Of a stretch of 64,000 bases of DNA, positions 1 to 12,669 are shown piece by piece. Under the pieces are notes generated by a model. That model was not told where the DNA came from and made no database searches. It was given only the letters and a program-made list of their open reading frames with translations. Position numbers and translations under genes: made by a program. Numbering within the stretch: position 1 is the stretch's first letter; the number at the start of each line of letters is the position of its first letter. This DNA is from Narcine bancroftii (Eukaryota): contig NC_091470.1 in the NCBI RefSeq assembly GCF_036971445.1, positions 349,866,001 to 349,930,000 on the forward strand, given 5' to 3'.

Positions 1-585
1 AAACTTGCCCCATTAGGGTTCTCCAGATGATAACCTCTTTCCTTCAGGCTACTACAGAGTTCCTTTCTGTACCCCTTATTCCAAGAGAAACATCAGACAT
101 ATAGCACTTCCAGCCATCCGCCACTCTGGAACTTCTGTTTTGGTTCCAACAAGCTTCTCCTGCTTGTTTCAGCTGTGACTCTCTCTCCATCTCAGATTTC
201 AACTGCAACCTACATGTCCTTCTCTCTCTCACACTTGCAAAACCCCCTCCTTCTCCAGCGAACAATAGGAGTTAGTCTTTTGCTCCAATCTGTTGTTTAT
301 AGGTAAAAAAGAACTCAGGAATGACCTTTGAGTGAGCACTTTGCAGAAAGGTCAGAAGTCTTGTCAAAGTGTTCAACACAGATGACCTGTCTCTAGTCTA
401 TTCATTTCATCACATCATTTCAATTAGCACCTACGTGAAATGTGTATAGCATTCTTCATAGTTTCTGTAAAGTCACTGAATCCTCAGTATTTCAAATAAG
501 ATCTGTTTTGAAGTGTGTGTATGTATGTAACCTACTCTAATTTTACCAATTTATCTCCCAAATACATCTACAAATATTCTATCAC
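1..585 (-). mobile_element. Partial Gypsy-type LTR, running off the window start
   Basis: Minus strand begins TGTGATAGAATATTTG near 585. It shares GAGGTTATCATCTGGAGAACCCT..GGGGCA.GTTT with the LTR at 15.5-16.2 kb. Confidence 0.65.
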
Positions 586-594
586 ACCTCCTCT

Positions 595-1382
595 GGTCTT
601 CTTCAATACCAGTACATGGATATGTATCCAAAATTGCTCACAATACTCCAAATATGGTCTGAACAGTGCCCTATAAAGCCTCATCGTTATACCCTTGCCT
701 TTATATTCTAGTCCTCTTGAAATTAATACTAACATTGCATTTGCCTTCTTTACTACTGATGCAACCTGTAAATTAACCTTTAGGGAATCCTAAACGAGGA
801 TTCCCAAATCCCTACTGTAGACAACACTTTCCTTATTCTAATATATCCTAATTTCAAAATTAACTAAGAACCAAAAATGCAAGGTTTTAACTTTTACACC
901 TACTACTTTCGGAATTCACTTCCACTTAGCAAAATCATCTCCTTGTTTATTCCTTCTGTCAGAGTACATGAGCATGTCCTTCCTTACACTGGATTCCATC
1001 TGCCATTTCTTTGCCTATTCACCCTCTGTGGAATCCTTGCTTCCTCAACACGATCCATCCCTCCACCTATCTTTGTATCATCTGCAAACTTGGCCACAAA
1101 GCCATCAATTCCATTATCCAAATCATTAACACATGATGTGAAAAGTAGCAACACTTGCAATATACCAATCGTCAGCTCCAGCTAACCTGAAAAGTCTCCC
1201 TGTGTTTCCACTCTTTTCCTTCTGCCAGTCAGCCAATCTTCTACAAATGTTGGTGCCTTTCTTATTATATCATGGGTTCTCACTTGTTTACCAAACTCAT
1301 GTGCAGCACCTTGTCAAAGGCTTTCTGAAAATCCAAGTGAACAACATCAACTGACTCTCCTATGTCTGTCCTGCTTGTAACT
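595..1382 (-). mobile_element. Decayed CR1 LINE RT fragment
   Basis: Translation contains DIGESVDVVHLDFQKAFDKV and KFADD-like (aagtttgcagatgataca) motifs, with frameshifts. Confidence 0.85.
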
Positions 1383-1805
1383 TGATAATGATAAATAAGT
1401 TTATTGTGATACAGTATACATGTACAACATAAATAGGCCCTGAAATTCTTATCTGCTGCATCTGAACAAGTGGTTTGTAAAAAGCTCAAAAAAATTACAG
1501 CAGTATTCTTTTTTTATAATATTTTATTTAATACTTCACCGTAAACCATGTTAATAATAATATATACAAATATTCATCATTAAAATATATAAAATGATAT
1601 TGAATTATTAAGAGGCAATGAATAGAAAATCTATATTTACAGTTATTTGTGTGCAAAAAAAGTGTCTTTCCAATAGTGCAGATAATCCCTGATTACGGTA
1701 ATAAGGGGAGGTTCAATAGTCTGATAATTGTTGAAAAGAAATGGTTCTTGAACCTAATGATGCTGGTCCTCATGTTTCTGTAAAAACACAAATTAAATGC
1801 AGCAG

Positions 1806-2164
1806 TGTAGCGGCCTACAGCCCGCTCCATGGGCCGACACAGCAAAATGCTGTCGAAAACAATGATCGGGTAGACAGCACGCGGGTTGAGACACCCACTC
1901 CAATTTGCCGCAGGAATAGTGGTCGAATCACCGCCAGCGGATCGCAGGGGGTCAAATCCAGGCCCACACATCTGGGACAGCCCATCAGCAGCCGGCCTCG
2001 CTCAAGCCATGCCCCAGTGGTGACATGGCCGGCTGCCGATAAAAGGCAGAGCTGCAGCCCAATAAAGTCAGTGTCAATTGCTCTCCCTTGGTGTGTGAGT
2101 CTTCTTTCAACCTCAAGCTATAACCCATTATACCTTAAGCTATAACCATAGCAACCCCACCACA
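1806..2164 (+). mobile_element. Solo LTR nested in a Penelope-like terminal sequence
   Basis: TG...CA ends, GATAAAAG and AATAAA signals, near-TSD GCAG/GGAG. The flanks rejoin into the aaacacaaa..tgctggaggaactcagc motif. Confidence 0.6.
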
Positions 2165-2625
2165 GGAGGAACTCAGCCAGTCTTGCAGCATCTGTAGGAG
2201 GTAAAGATGTATTACTGCCATTTCGGGCCTGAGCCCTTCTTCAAGGTAAAAGCAAAAACCAGGCAGACATTTCAATAAAGACTGAGAGAGGAAGGTGGAA
2301 GAATGGGAGGGGGAGGAGTCCAAACCAGCAAACAAAAGGTATTAATTGGATATGGTAAGAGGAAAGGTGAGAATTGATTCTGGCTCAGTGAAAAGAGACA
2401 AGGTGACAAGGAAAGAGAGAGACAGAAAAAGTGACAGGAGGGCGATGATGGGGTGAAGGGGGGGGTTACGGAAACCCGAGAAGTAGATGTTAATGCCATC
2501 CGGTTGGAGGGTGCCCAGATGGAAGATTAGGTTTTGTTCCTCCAGCTTTAGGGTGGTATCCGTGGACAGACATATCAGCAAGGGAATGGCAATGGAAATG
2601 GGTGGCCACTGGGTTTCTGTATCGC
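2165..2625 (-). mobile_element. Penelope-like element 3' part (GIY-YIG C-terminus plus terminal repeat)
   Basis: PVATHF...DMSVHG...KLEEQNLIFHLGTLQPDGINIYFSGFR, followed by the ttgaagaagggctcaggcccgaaa motif. Confidence 0.85.
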
Positions 2626-3725
2626 TGCTCGAATAATTCCAACAGATTTATCAGTCGAGATCTCCCCTGAGGGAAACCATTCTGACTTTGCCCTATTTTC
2701 GCGTCTACTTTCAAGTACACAAAACCCCATCCTTAATGGATTCACTCTAGCCTTTCATTTCCTGACTTCAGTCTCTCTATCTTGTCTTAAGGAGTGGGAA
2801 TGACATTTTCAACTTTCCAATCCTCTGAAACCATTTCTGACTTGAGCAATTGCTGAAGTCTACTACAAATGGATTCACTAACTCTTCAGCCATCTTTTTC
2901 TGCATACTGGGCCAGACAAATGATACTTCAGTGTTCTGAAAGAGGTAACAAAAGTGATTGTGAATTAGTGAACAAAGCTCCCGAAATAGACCTGCTCACC
3001 ATATTTATTTCCTTCCAGATTTAATTTGGATACATTTTCATATTGCTGCTTGGGTGATATGATCCAATAGATTGCCTGCCAGATTTTTTTTTTATCCCAG
3101 TGAAGTTCACCAGAAGAGAAATAGTCTAATATATGATTGGTAATTCACTTTGCTTAAATCACACAGGTTGATTGTGTGCTCCAATTATGTTTAAAGGTTT
3201 GTTCCTTCATGACTGCATCTTCAATTATCAACATTCAATGCATATCCACTGCAGTTTTATAGGGCAAAATAATTATTAATGTGCATCCTTGACCTGCCAT
3301 CTCTGCATGTTTCTGATCTGTTGAATGGAACAAAACCACTTACTTCTCTTTTGCAATGCGCAGGATTAATAAAACAAGATGTACTTGCAGACATTAAACA
3401 TTTTGCACATCATCGATGGTCGTCCATGCTGGGTCCACATATCTGGAAATCTTTTCAGGACCTGCGTTGCTGATCATTGATTTTATTGGATATACAAAAA
3501 AATGTGAGACTGCATTACAGAATTTTCCAAACAACAGCGCCAGGGCAATTATTGCCATCCCGCAGTTGTAGCATTTTGAGCCAGTTTTTCGGTAAATATA
3601 GCAGAAGGATGGAAAGTTGAATCCATGCTTCAAAACATTTACAAAAGTAAACTTGGAGAGAAATCTGAAATAAAATCAGCAATGCTGAAAATTCTCAGCA
3701 GTTCAGGCCACATCACTGATGAAAG

Positions 3726-3943
3726 NNNNNNNNNNNNNNNNNNNNNNNNNNNNNNNNNNNNNNNNNNNNNNNNNNNNNNNNNNNNNNNNNNNNNNNNNNN
3801 NNNNNNNNNNNNNNNNNNNNNNNNNNNNNNNNNNNNNNNNNNNNNNNNNNNNNNNNNNNNNNNNNNNNNNNNNNNNNNNNNNNNNNNNNNNNNNNNNNNN
3901 NNNNNNNNNNNNNNNNNNNNNNNNNNNNNNNNNNNNNNNNNNN
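3726..3943. other. Assembly gap (N run)
   Basis: Run of N. Confidence 1.
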
Positions 3944-3997
3944 TGCTCCAGTTCAGTTGTAAATAAATCACAAAATTCTGTAGACACCGTGGTCAAA

Positions 3998-4192
3998 GTA
4001 AAAACACAAAATGCTGGAGAAGCTCAGCAAGTTAAAGTCCTTTATGTAGCAAAGGCAAAGATACAGAACTAATGTTTCGGGCTTGAGCCCTTTGATGAAT
4101 GGCTCAAACCCAAAACGTCAGTTATGTATCTTTGCCTTTGTTACATAAAGGACTCTAACTTGCTGAGCTTGTCCAACACTTTGTGTTTTTAC
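3998..4192. repeat. Palindrome of two inverted Penelope-type terminal repeats (arms of about 95 bp)
   Basis: gtaaaaacacaaaatgctggagaagctcagcaagt... pairs with ...acttgctgagcttgtccaacactttgtgtttttac, centred on gggcttgagccc. Confidence 0.85.
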
Positions 4193-5229
4193 AGTTGAGT
4201 TGTAATGTAACCGTGAGACCTTGTGTTTACACATAGACAATTTTCTCATGAGATATTTTCACTTGATAATCCAGTTTCCAAGCAGCAATGAGAAAGAGAA
4301 GAGTGGCTAGTAGATTTAATATTTTCATAAATAAGTTGACACTTAATTTGCAAATCTAATGAAAACTATTCAACATGGAGTGACGTGGGGGAAAAAATAC
4401 CGCCAAACCACAAATAAATTTTGTTGCTACAGATGGCCGAGGAACCCAAGTTAGATTTAAAATGGACGTTGATTGGTTCTTCATTAGTAAGGAGGCCAAA
4501 GGTTACAGGGAGAAGGCAGGAAAATGAAGCTGAAAGTAAAAATACAACATCCATGATTTTAATGGTGGAAAAGACACAATGGGTCGAATGGCCCAATCGT
4601 ATTCACATTTTGTTTCATCGAATGGATTATACATGCTATTTAGATGGGCAAAGCTATCAGGGCATCCTTTTGTCCTGCTACAAATCAAATAGATGGTGGA
4701 AGGATGATGTTCAGAGCCCCACTGCAGTTAAAGGGGATGGGAGAAATGGGGAGGTGGTTGAAGAAAATAACGTTACAGTGGTAAGAAATGAAGAGGTAAG
4801 AAGAGGACCTTCTCTTTTGGAACAATACATGAAGATAAAAGATGGTGTTATGGTGTTAAGACATTCTACCTCCATTCAACTTGTTCAACATCCTTGCGAA
4901 TCTTTTCTGCACCTCCTTGAGTGTAATATCCTTCCTATAACATGGTGACTGCAACTGGTCCAAGAGTGGTCAAACCATTTCTCTACAACAGTAACATGAA
5001 TTGTTGAACTCAATGCTAAGCAAATGAACCATACCGTATGCCTTCTTGCCACCATTTCTACCCATGTCACTACTTTCAGGGAGCCATGCATAAGCAGACA
5101 TGAGCATGCACTCCAGCAGCCAGGAATATGCCAGATGAAACATTCCCTCATGGAGAGTGTGGATTATACATGCGTGGATTATACACGACGAATGTGGGAG
5201 ACGTTGGAAGACACCTCTCCTGGCAGAAC

Positions 5230-6730
5230 TAATTAAAATCAGATTTTTAAAAAAAATTATTTTGTAAAACAACAACATCAGTATCTTTTTGAATTACTGG
5301 CAATACTAATTATGAGGAAAAAAACTAGAGTCCAGACTGTGAAGAAAATGACATCTAAACAAGGAACAACTGCGGAAGATTTAGGGTCTACCTTGGAAAT
5401 GGAGCCTGGAGAGTCGATTCCTCATCCTTCAAGATCATCGCGACAAGACCAGTCTAAGATCCAGGTAACACCAGCGCCACCTCCCTGGGGAACCGAGGAA
5501 GATGGCGCTGGAGTTCAGAAACTGCTGCTCCATCCTCCTGAGCAGGATCAATCGCACATGCGCAGGGCACAGGCTGTGATTCTATCTGCCGGGGTGGGGG
5601 GGGTGGTGGAGGGTGAGCTTCTGCAGCCCAGTACTGCTGGACTGATGGGGGGGGTGGGGGGGGGACTTAAACTCCACAGGTGGGTCAAACAGCCACCCAC
5701 ATTGACAGAGGAAGAGAAGGAAGAAATAATCAGGTCTGAAGAGGAAGATACTCAAGCGGTAACAGAAGAGGAAGAAACATTATTGTATCAGATAGGTCCT
5801 CATCTTCTTACGCTGAAGTTAAAGCTGGGTCATCTGTTAAGGCTTCTGTCGTTCCTCATTATGTGAATCCAGCAAGTCAATTTGATGCTTTAAAGTTTAA
5901 TCCTGCTAAAGGTGTGTTATGGAAAAATAGATATAAATTCGCTTTCAGATACCCAGCTACACTTAAGATTTTTAATGGAGAATTTCAGTTACAATTCTTT
6001 ACTGATGAAGATGATTCTCTGCTATTTGCTAATTCATTGCTTGATAATAGATAAAAAGAGAGTCAAGATCAATTCTCTCAATGAATGAAGTCGATTCAAG
6101 AGAAGAATAAAATTGGCTTAGAGAAGGTGGGATGCCATGAACTGACTGAAATTGACATTGATTGTGATCAAGTTAATAGAGACTTGGAGGCAGCTGATCA
6201 CACTTGATATATTGAAGATTGTTGTTTGTTTTTTTTTATTTGATCGGTCTGTTCAAGGGAGGTGGATTTGTCTATTTCTCCTTCCGAAGTCGTTGGCCCC
6301 TTGGTGGCATTGATCACTTCCCTTAAAATAGAGACCTACCCTTGCGGGCGGAAATTAAACATTCATAGTGCTAAATATATTAGTGGCTAATTTAAATTTT
6401 GTGACATTGAATGTTAATGGACTCAATAATCAGATTAAGAGAAAGAGGGTTTTGGCTTATATTAAAAAAATGAAAGTAGGTTTTGCATTTTTACAGGAGA
6501 CTAATTTGACTGAGAAACAACATTAAAAGTTAAAAAGAGATTGGGTTGGTCGATTCAAAACGAGAGGTGTTGCTATTTTGATTAATAGGAAGTTGCCTTT
6601 TAAATTAGAAACAGTTATTAATGATTCAGCGGGTAGATTCCTTGTTGTAAATTGTCAAATTTATTCAGAATTTTGGACTCTCATGAATATTTATGACGTT
6701 TATTCAAGATTCTTTTCTTAATTTGGCACA
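5230..6730 (+). mobile_element. L1/Tx1-clade 5' fragment: internally deleted ORF1 and start of ORF2 APE endonuclease
   Basis: ORF1 start MRKKTRVQ; ORF1 C-terminal domain KFAFRYPATLKIF; endonuclease start near 6383, LNFVTLNVNGLNNQIKRKRVLAYIKK..AFLQET.L, with stops. Confidence 0.85.
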
Positions 6731-6859
6731 GGCACACCTGCCTTCTTGCCACCATGTCTATCTATCCATGTACCACTTTCAGGGAGCCATGCATCAGCAG
6801 ACATGAGCGTGTACTCCTGCAACCAGGAATATGCCAGATGCCACATTCCCTCATGGACA

Positions 6860-7195
6860 TGCCTGTGTACTGGAAGAAGAACCATATTACTAAAGTTAGA
6901 GAGCCATCTTCTCCCCCTATCACTTCTCAGCATTGTGTTCTACTACCCTCCCACCTGTATCCATCTATGACCTTTTAACTGTTAGCCTCTGCTCATCCAT
7001 TTCCCTCCTCTTCCCCTCTGCCTCCTCCACCTCCCCACCATTTTATTCAGGCATCTGCTTGTGTTTGCTCATACCTTGACAAAGGGCTCAAGCCTGAAAC
7101 GTTGATTGCATTTTACTTGCTATGGATGCCTACTTGACCTGCTGAGTTTCTCCAGCACACTTGACCCTACCATCTCCAGACTCTCTCGTTTAGCT
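6860..7195 (+). mobile_element. Penelope-like terminal fragment
   Basis: ataccttgacaaagggctcaagcctgaaacg and ctgctgagtttctccagca motifs shared with the other copies. Confidence 0.65.
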
Positions 7196-7239
7196 CAATA
7201 TTACTAATATTTGTATTTCAACGAGGTGATGATTTTAAA

Positions 7240-7597
7240 AATTTAGATGTACAATACTGTAACAGGCCCTTCAAACCCACAAACCCATGATCCCCAAATA
7301 CAGCAATTAATCTACAACCCACTACAAACCCCGTACGTTTTTGAAGGGTTGGATGAGACCTGGAGGAGACATGGGGAGAACGTACAAACTCTTTACAGAC
7401 AGTGGCAGATACAGGCCATTCTGGCCTTCCAATCCACACTGCCCAAATACGCCCATGTGCCCAATTAGCGTACTAACTCTGGAAAAAACCAGAGGAAACT
7501 ATTGCAGATGTGGAGAGAATGTAGAAACTCTTTAAAGAAGCATCGGATTCAAGCCCATGTCACTGGTGCTGCACAGCCTTGCACTAACTGTGCCATG
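7240..7597 (-). mobile_element. V-domain tRNA SINE with internal partial duplication
   Basis: ctgtaaagagtttgtacgttctcccc core and ggcctgttacagtattgta..taaattt tail. Confidence 0.75.
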
Positions 7598-7791
7598 TCA
7601 TGAGCTTCCAGCAGTCCCTGGGAGCAGCCTGCAGATGAGAGAGTTTTGTGTTACACAGCAGCTTGGGATAAACCTCGACAAATAACCTTCCTTTATTTTG
7701 TTATTCAGCACAATATTCCGGCTATCTGAAGAATCCATCTCTCTGAAAAGTAAGGTTTTATACTTTTTTAGACCTGACGTAATAATAGCTG

Positions 7792-8475
7792 ATTAAATAC
7801 TGCTTCAAAGGGTTATAATTACCCATGTTTCAGGTGTGGACAGATAACTTTTCAGAATTACATATCTATAATGGGAGCACATCTCAACTGACACCACACC
7901 TTTAAATATTTGCATGTTCCGAAGGGTTCTGAACACAGAACTCCAAGCACTAAATGTAAAGTTGTTTTGTATAAATTAACCAAAAATATACTTTATTCAC
8001 AATAAATTACCAGAAAAAAATAAAAACGATCCAAGTCTTTTTACAGCCATAATGTTAGTCATACATGTACATTCTCATCAACATACATTGCTACATTTGT
8101 TCTTTCAATACACCATTACCACCACTGTAGCACTTTGCCGTTATTCCTCCCTCTGTTGGTTGAGAGTCTTCCCCTCGGACTCAATCCCTCAATATTACGC
8201 TGACAGATATGGCTGTCTGGATATCATATACCCAGAATATAAACTGACAGAACAAGTACATCTTGAACTTGTATGAAGTTGCATGGATTTCTCATCAAGA
8301 ATAAAGATTTATTATGATAGCCTTAGCTGTAGCAAAAAAATGTATTATGTCAACCTGGAAATTAGAAGATAGCCTGAGAATACAGCAATGGTACATAGAA
8401 ATGAATAAATGTATTCCATTGGAAAAAAATAACATATAATTTAAGAAATAACATCACAGTATTCGAACAAATTTG
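7792..8475 (+). repeat. Source copy of a 684-bp direct duplication (second copy 10581-11264)
   Basis: Co-linear at offset 2789; 5 substitutions counted by eye. Confidence 0.95.
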
Positions 8476-8797
8476 GGAACCGTACATGGAACACAACAGA
8501 GAAGTCCTACCGCGGACCTCCACCCCCTAAAATGACAGAATGAGAGGAAGACGAAATGAACTGACCCAGTGTGTAAAAGTAGATGACACAAATTTCTTGT
8601 TTATTTTCATTGTGTGATGACATTGGTTAATGGGTTTAATGTATCATATGGTTTGAATGTTGAGTGGGTGGGGTGAGGGAGGGTGAAGGAGGGAGGGGGG
8701 TAAAAAGGGGAGAAAATTACACTGTGTATATTCAAGAGGGAAATGTTTGTGTGTATTTTGGTCATTATGGTTCATAGTGTGAAAAATAAAAAAATTA
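8304..8797 (+). mobile_element. 5'-truncated L1 3' end with 12-bp TSD
   Basis: ORF2 C-terminus IALAVAKKCIMSTWK...CIPLEK.TY...FEQIWEPY, AATAAA and A-tail. TSD TCATCAAGAATA at 8292-8303 and 8798-8809. Confidence 0.9.
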
Positions 8798-8989
8798 TCA
8801 TCAAGAATACAGAAATGCAGGACACAGCTTCGTAATGTCTTTCCTTATCTCATCCTGAAAAATTCAGTGACGGCTGATTAAGATAAACATTCATTAATCT
8901 CCCCCTGAACAGCAAAAGCAGTACAAAATCAGAATATCCCATGCCAGTTTGCTAAAGTATCGATGAATAAAGTATTGGTGAATAAAGGC

Positions 8990-9272
8990 AAAAACTAGAG
9001 GACATGGGTTAAGAGTGAAAGGGGAAATGTTTAAAGGGAACATGAAGGGGAACTACTTCATGCAGAGAGTGGAGATATTTTGGAGTGAGCTACCAGCTGA
9101 AGTGGTGAAAGTTGGCTCCATTTTGACTGAAGAAAAATTTGGATAGGTATATGGATGTAAGGGATAAGGAGGGATAAGTTTCCAGGTGCAGGTCATTGGA
9201 TCTAGGTAGAATAATTGGCACAAAATAGATGGGCTGAAGGGCTTGTTTCTGTATTATAGTGTTCAGTGGCTC
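8990..9272 (+). mobile_element. CR1 3' end
   Basis: aaaactagaggacatgggttaagagtgaaagggg...gggctgaagggcttgtttctgt, a typical CR1 3' region. Confidence 0.8.
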
Positions 9273-10580
9273 TAAAGTATTGTTGTGCAAGTTTCAATGT
9301 CAATTTCCAAACCATTACCCTAAAGTGACATCCCACTGTGAACTATCAGCCTACAGCCTTTGCAGATAATGTTTGATTACTGTGGGGAAGCTATAGATCA
9401 ACATTTATTTTAAATTTGGTATTAACTGGCGGCTTCCCTGATCCCACAATGCCTAAAAGGTATCAAGATATTAATAATCCTAACTCCTAAACCTGACAGT
9501 CAAAACTGCAGCCAACATCCTTACCTCGTGATCCATGTGGGTACATTGTCAGAGTCTGGTCATTGTTGGCCAAAGAGCTTAAATATTCAATCCAAGGCAA
9601 TAACAAAGACACCAGTCTGCTTGTTGACAGTAGCAGGTTTATTGATTCAGGATGTGAGGCTTTATGTAGATCCAAACTGACATAAATTGTACATGATCAA
9701 AGCATTAGCAGTTGTTTGAGAACCTGTTCATCTGAATTTGATGCAATAATTCAGCATCAATGTGTCTTTAATATGGATAATTGACGTGTCTGAGTTGAAA
9801 ATCGTTTGGGTTGATTTTGGCAAATCCAAATCTTTTGATTTGAGAATCTTTTGTTCTCTCTTGAGGTGATAATTCTGTGAGCAAACTGAATTTAAACAAT
9901 TATGAATATAAAAGTATATCCAAAATCACTCATGCAAATTGTATATTTGGAAAGGATTTTATGCCCGTTACTGATGCAACTCCTTCCCATCCACATAACC
10001 CAGCTCCTAACCATACGATCTCTCATCTGTAAATAAATTGTTCCCTTTTCCTGAAAACCTCTAGTAACTCACTTTCCCTTTTCTTCCTGCACCTTCCTTC
10101 TCCTTTTATCATTCAACCTGTATATAATCTGCCAAGAATGCTTTGCCTGTACTTGTTTGCACGATGCTTTGGCTGAATCTGAAGGAACTAATTCATAACC
10201 AATGTGATCTCCCATAACAATAGCAGTTCACTGGGAATTCTGTCCTATGGTTCCAGGTGTGTTTAAAAGGATGCAAGTGAACTAAAATAACCCTTTTTTT
10301 CTGTTCACACGTTTACTTTGGCAAGGAGAGGATGGAGCAAGGAAAAAGAAAATGATAAGAAGTATTTCTCATCTGGGTTGGCAGTTTAAACATTTCATCT
10401 TTAGAACTGACCGAATGTCGGACCCTTTAACTTGCAGATCTCCTACAGATTCCTCACGTAGTTCTGGGATTGTAGATAACGCAAGCTTATCGCATCAAAG
10501 AGAAGCAGCTTCTCCCCAGTGGCAGAAAAAGCAAATATGTTTTGTGGTTAAACAAGAAAATCTGCAGATCTTGTGACTGT

Positions 10581-11264
10581 ATTAAATACTGCTTCAAAGG
10601 GTTATAATTACCCATGTTTCAGGTGTGGACAGATAACTTTTCAGAATTACATATCTATAATGGGAGCACATCTCAACTGACACCACACCTTTAAATATTT
10701 GCATGTTCCGAAGGGTTCTGAACACAGAACTCCAAGCACTAAATGTAAAGTTGTTTTGTATAAATTAACCAAAAATATACTTTATTCACAATAAATTACC
10801 AGAAAAAAATAAAAACGATCCAAGTCTTTTTACAGCCATAATGTTAGTCATACATGTACATTCTCATCAACATACATTGCTACATTTGTTCTTTCAATAC
10901 ACCATTACCACCACTGTAGCACTTTGCCGTTATTCCTCCCTCTGTTGGTTGAGAGTCTTCCCCTCGGACTCAATCCCTCAATATTACACTGACAGATATG
11001 GCTGTCTGGATGTCATATACCCAGAATATAAGCTGACAGAACAAGTACATCTTGAACTTGTATGAAGTTGCATGGATTTCTCATCAAGAATAAAGATTTA
11101 TTATGATAGCCTTAGCTGTAGCAAAAAAATGTATTATGTCAATCTGGAAATTAGAAGATAGCCTGAGAGTACAGCAATGGTACATAGAAATGAATAAATG
11201 TATTCCATTGGAAAAAAATAACATATAATTTAAGAAATAACATCACAGTATTCGAACAAATTTG
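10581..11264 (+). repeat. Derived copy of the 684-bp duplication, abutting the Tigger-like left TIR
   Basis: Matches 7792-8475, breaks inside the L1 and joins GTACAACTCCAATTATCC. Confidence 0.95.
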
Positions 11265-12668
11265 TACAACTCCAATTATCCAAAATGGTCATGATTGGGC
11301 CTGTTTTGGATAAATGATTGTTATATATTGTAAGGTAAAACATCATGAGATGGGAATGTGTAAGGAGTTACCCTGTACAGGGCTGTAACAAGATGTGAAT
11401 GCATCCTTGTACTTACAAGATAAGAGAGACATTGATGGATTGAGAGGCAGGAAGCTAGCAGGGAAAGGATAGCAACAGTATTAGTCATTGGACAAGTAAT
11501 GATATGATGATGTTCTAAGCACGTATCCAAGGGTATAAAAAATCACCATTTTGCTGATAACGGCAGAATGCATTCTCCGACTAACATGGTTAGTTGCAAG
11601 TGTTACAATCCGGTAATAAAGAACAAAGAACCCTGATTTCGACTCAGTCTGGTGTTTGTCTCACTCATTCATGAACAAAGCAGACCTAACAATAGTCACG
11701 ATAATATAAAATATTTGTTGCTGCATAAGAATACACCCTTCTCACTCTACTCACTGTAGTGCACACTGTGGGGCATATGAACAGTTTTTTGTGATGGTGG
11801 AAGGCATCATTAAGTAAAGTTTCTTCTGCTATTTGAATCTTGCATCTCTAAGTAATTTAAGAATCCTCCCAAGTAACTCAAGAGACATAACAATGATACT
11901 TTTGCTAAATGATAATTAAAAAAAACACCCTAGCAGCAACAGCAAATCTATCGTAACTGCATTTATCTGCAGAACAAACAACGAGGGAAGGCTTTTAAAG
12001 CATGCAATTATGTCTAATTCTCACCAAAAAAAAAAATAAAATAAATTCAACACCAAAAATTCAAAATTCTACTCAGAGATTTTGCCAAACTTCCAAAATT
12101 TTTTCAACTTGTGACATCAGTTCGGCTCCGAAAAAAAAAAATTGAGGATAACTGAGGATCTCTTATTTTTTCGGATATCCTCATTTATGAAAATAAATGA
12201 CATATGACATAATTAAAAGTTAAATTATAATTTTAAATGATAAAAATATATGGTATATAGGCTTGGGAATGTAATATATAAATATGAGGAGAGTTTTCTT
12301 TCGAGCAGAGAAGCTGAAGGGAACTGGCTGAGATATACAAAATTATGAGGGAGAGATAGTAAAGGTTCCCTTATTTGTCAGGTAATACTACATTTAGAAT
12401 GAAATAGTCGTGAAATACTCTTATAACATTTGCGAAGTATTTTTTGAGTGCTTGAATTCAACAAGGCCTGTTTGGTTAAGAAACAAGTACTGGTGCATGA
12501 CATCATTTCAGCTTTGAAATATTTTGGATAAGAGGATTTCTGATTTCTGAAGTCCTTAATTATTTCCCAAAACTTTTGGAGCCAAATAGACGTCACTTCT
12601 GGGTCCAAAAAAGTTCAGGTAACTGAAGATTTTGGATAATCTGATTTCAGATAATTGGAGTTGTACTG
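11264..12668. mobile_element. Non-autonomous Tigger/pogo-like DNA transposon
   Basis: TIRs GTACAACTCCAATTATCCAAAAT and ATTTCAGATAATTGGAGTTGTACTG+TA, with internal ggataa repeats. The left end lacks the terminal CA. Confidence 0.8.
11319..11691 (+). mobile_element. Solo LTR nested in the Tigger-like element
   Basis: TGTTA...TAACA inverted termini, TATAAAA near 11535, AATAAA near 11615. No clear TSD. Confidence 0.7.
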
Positions 12669-12669
12669 T

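Noticed and set aside
3625-4072. ORFs spanning N runs (also 62454-62848)
   Set aside because: Artefacts of translating assembly gaps.
8052-11065. Duplicated 74-aa ORF pair as paralogous genes
   Set aside because: By-product of the 684-bp duplication of repeat-derived sequence.
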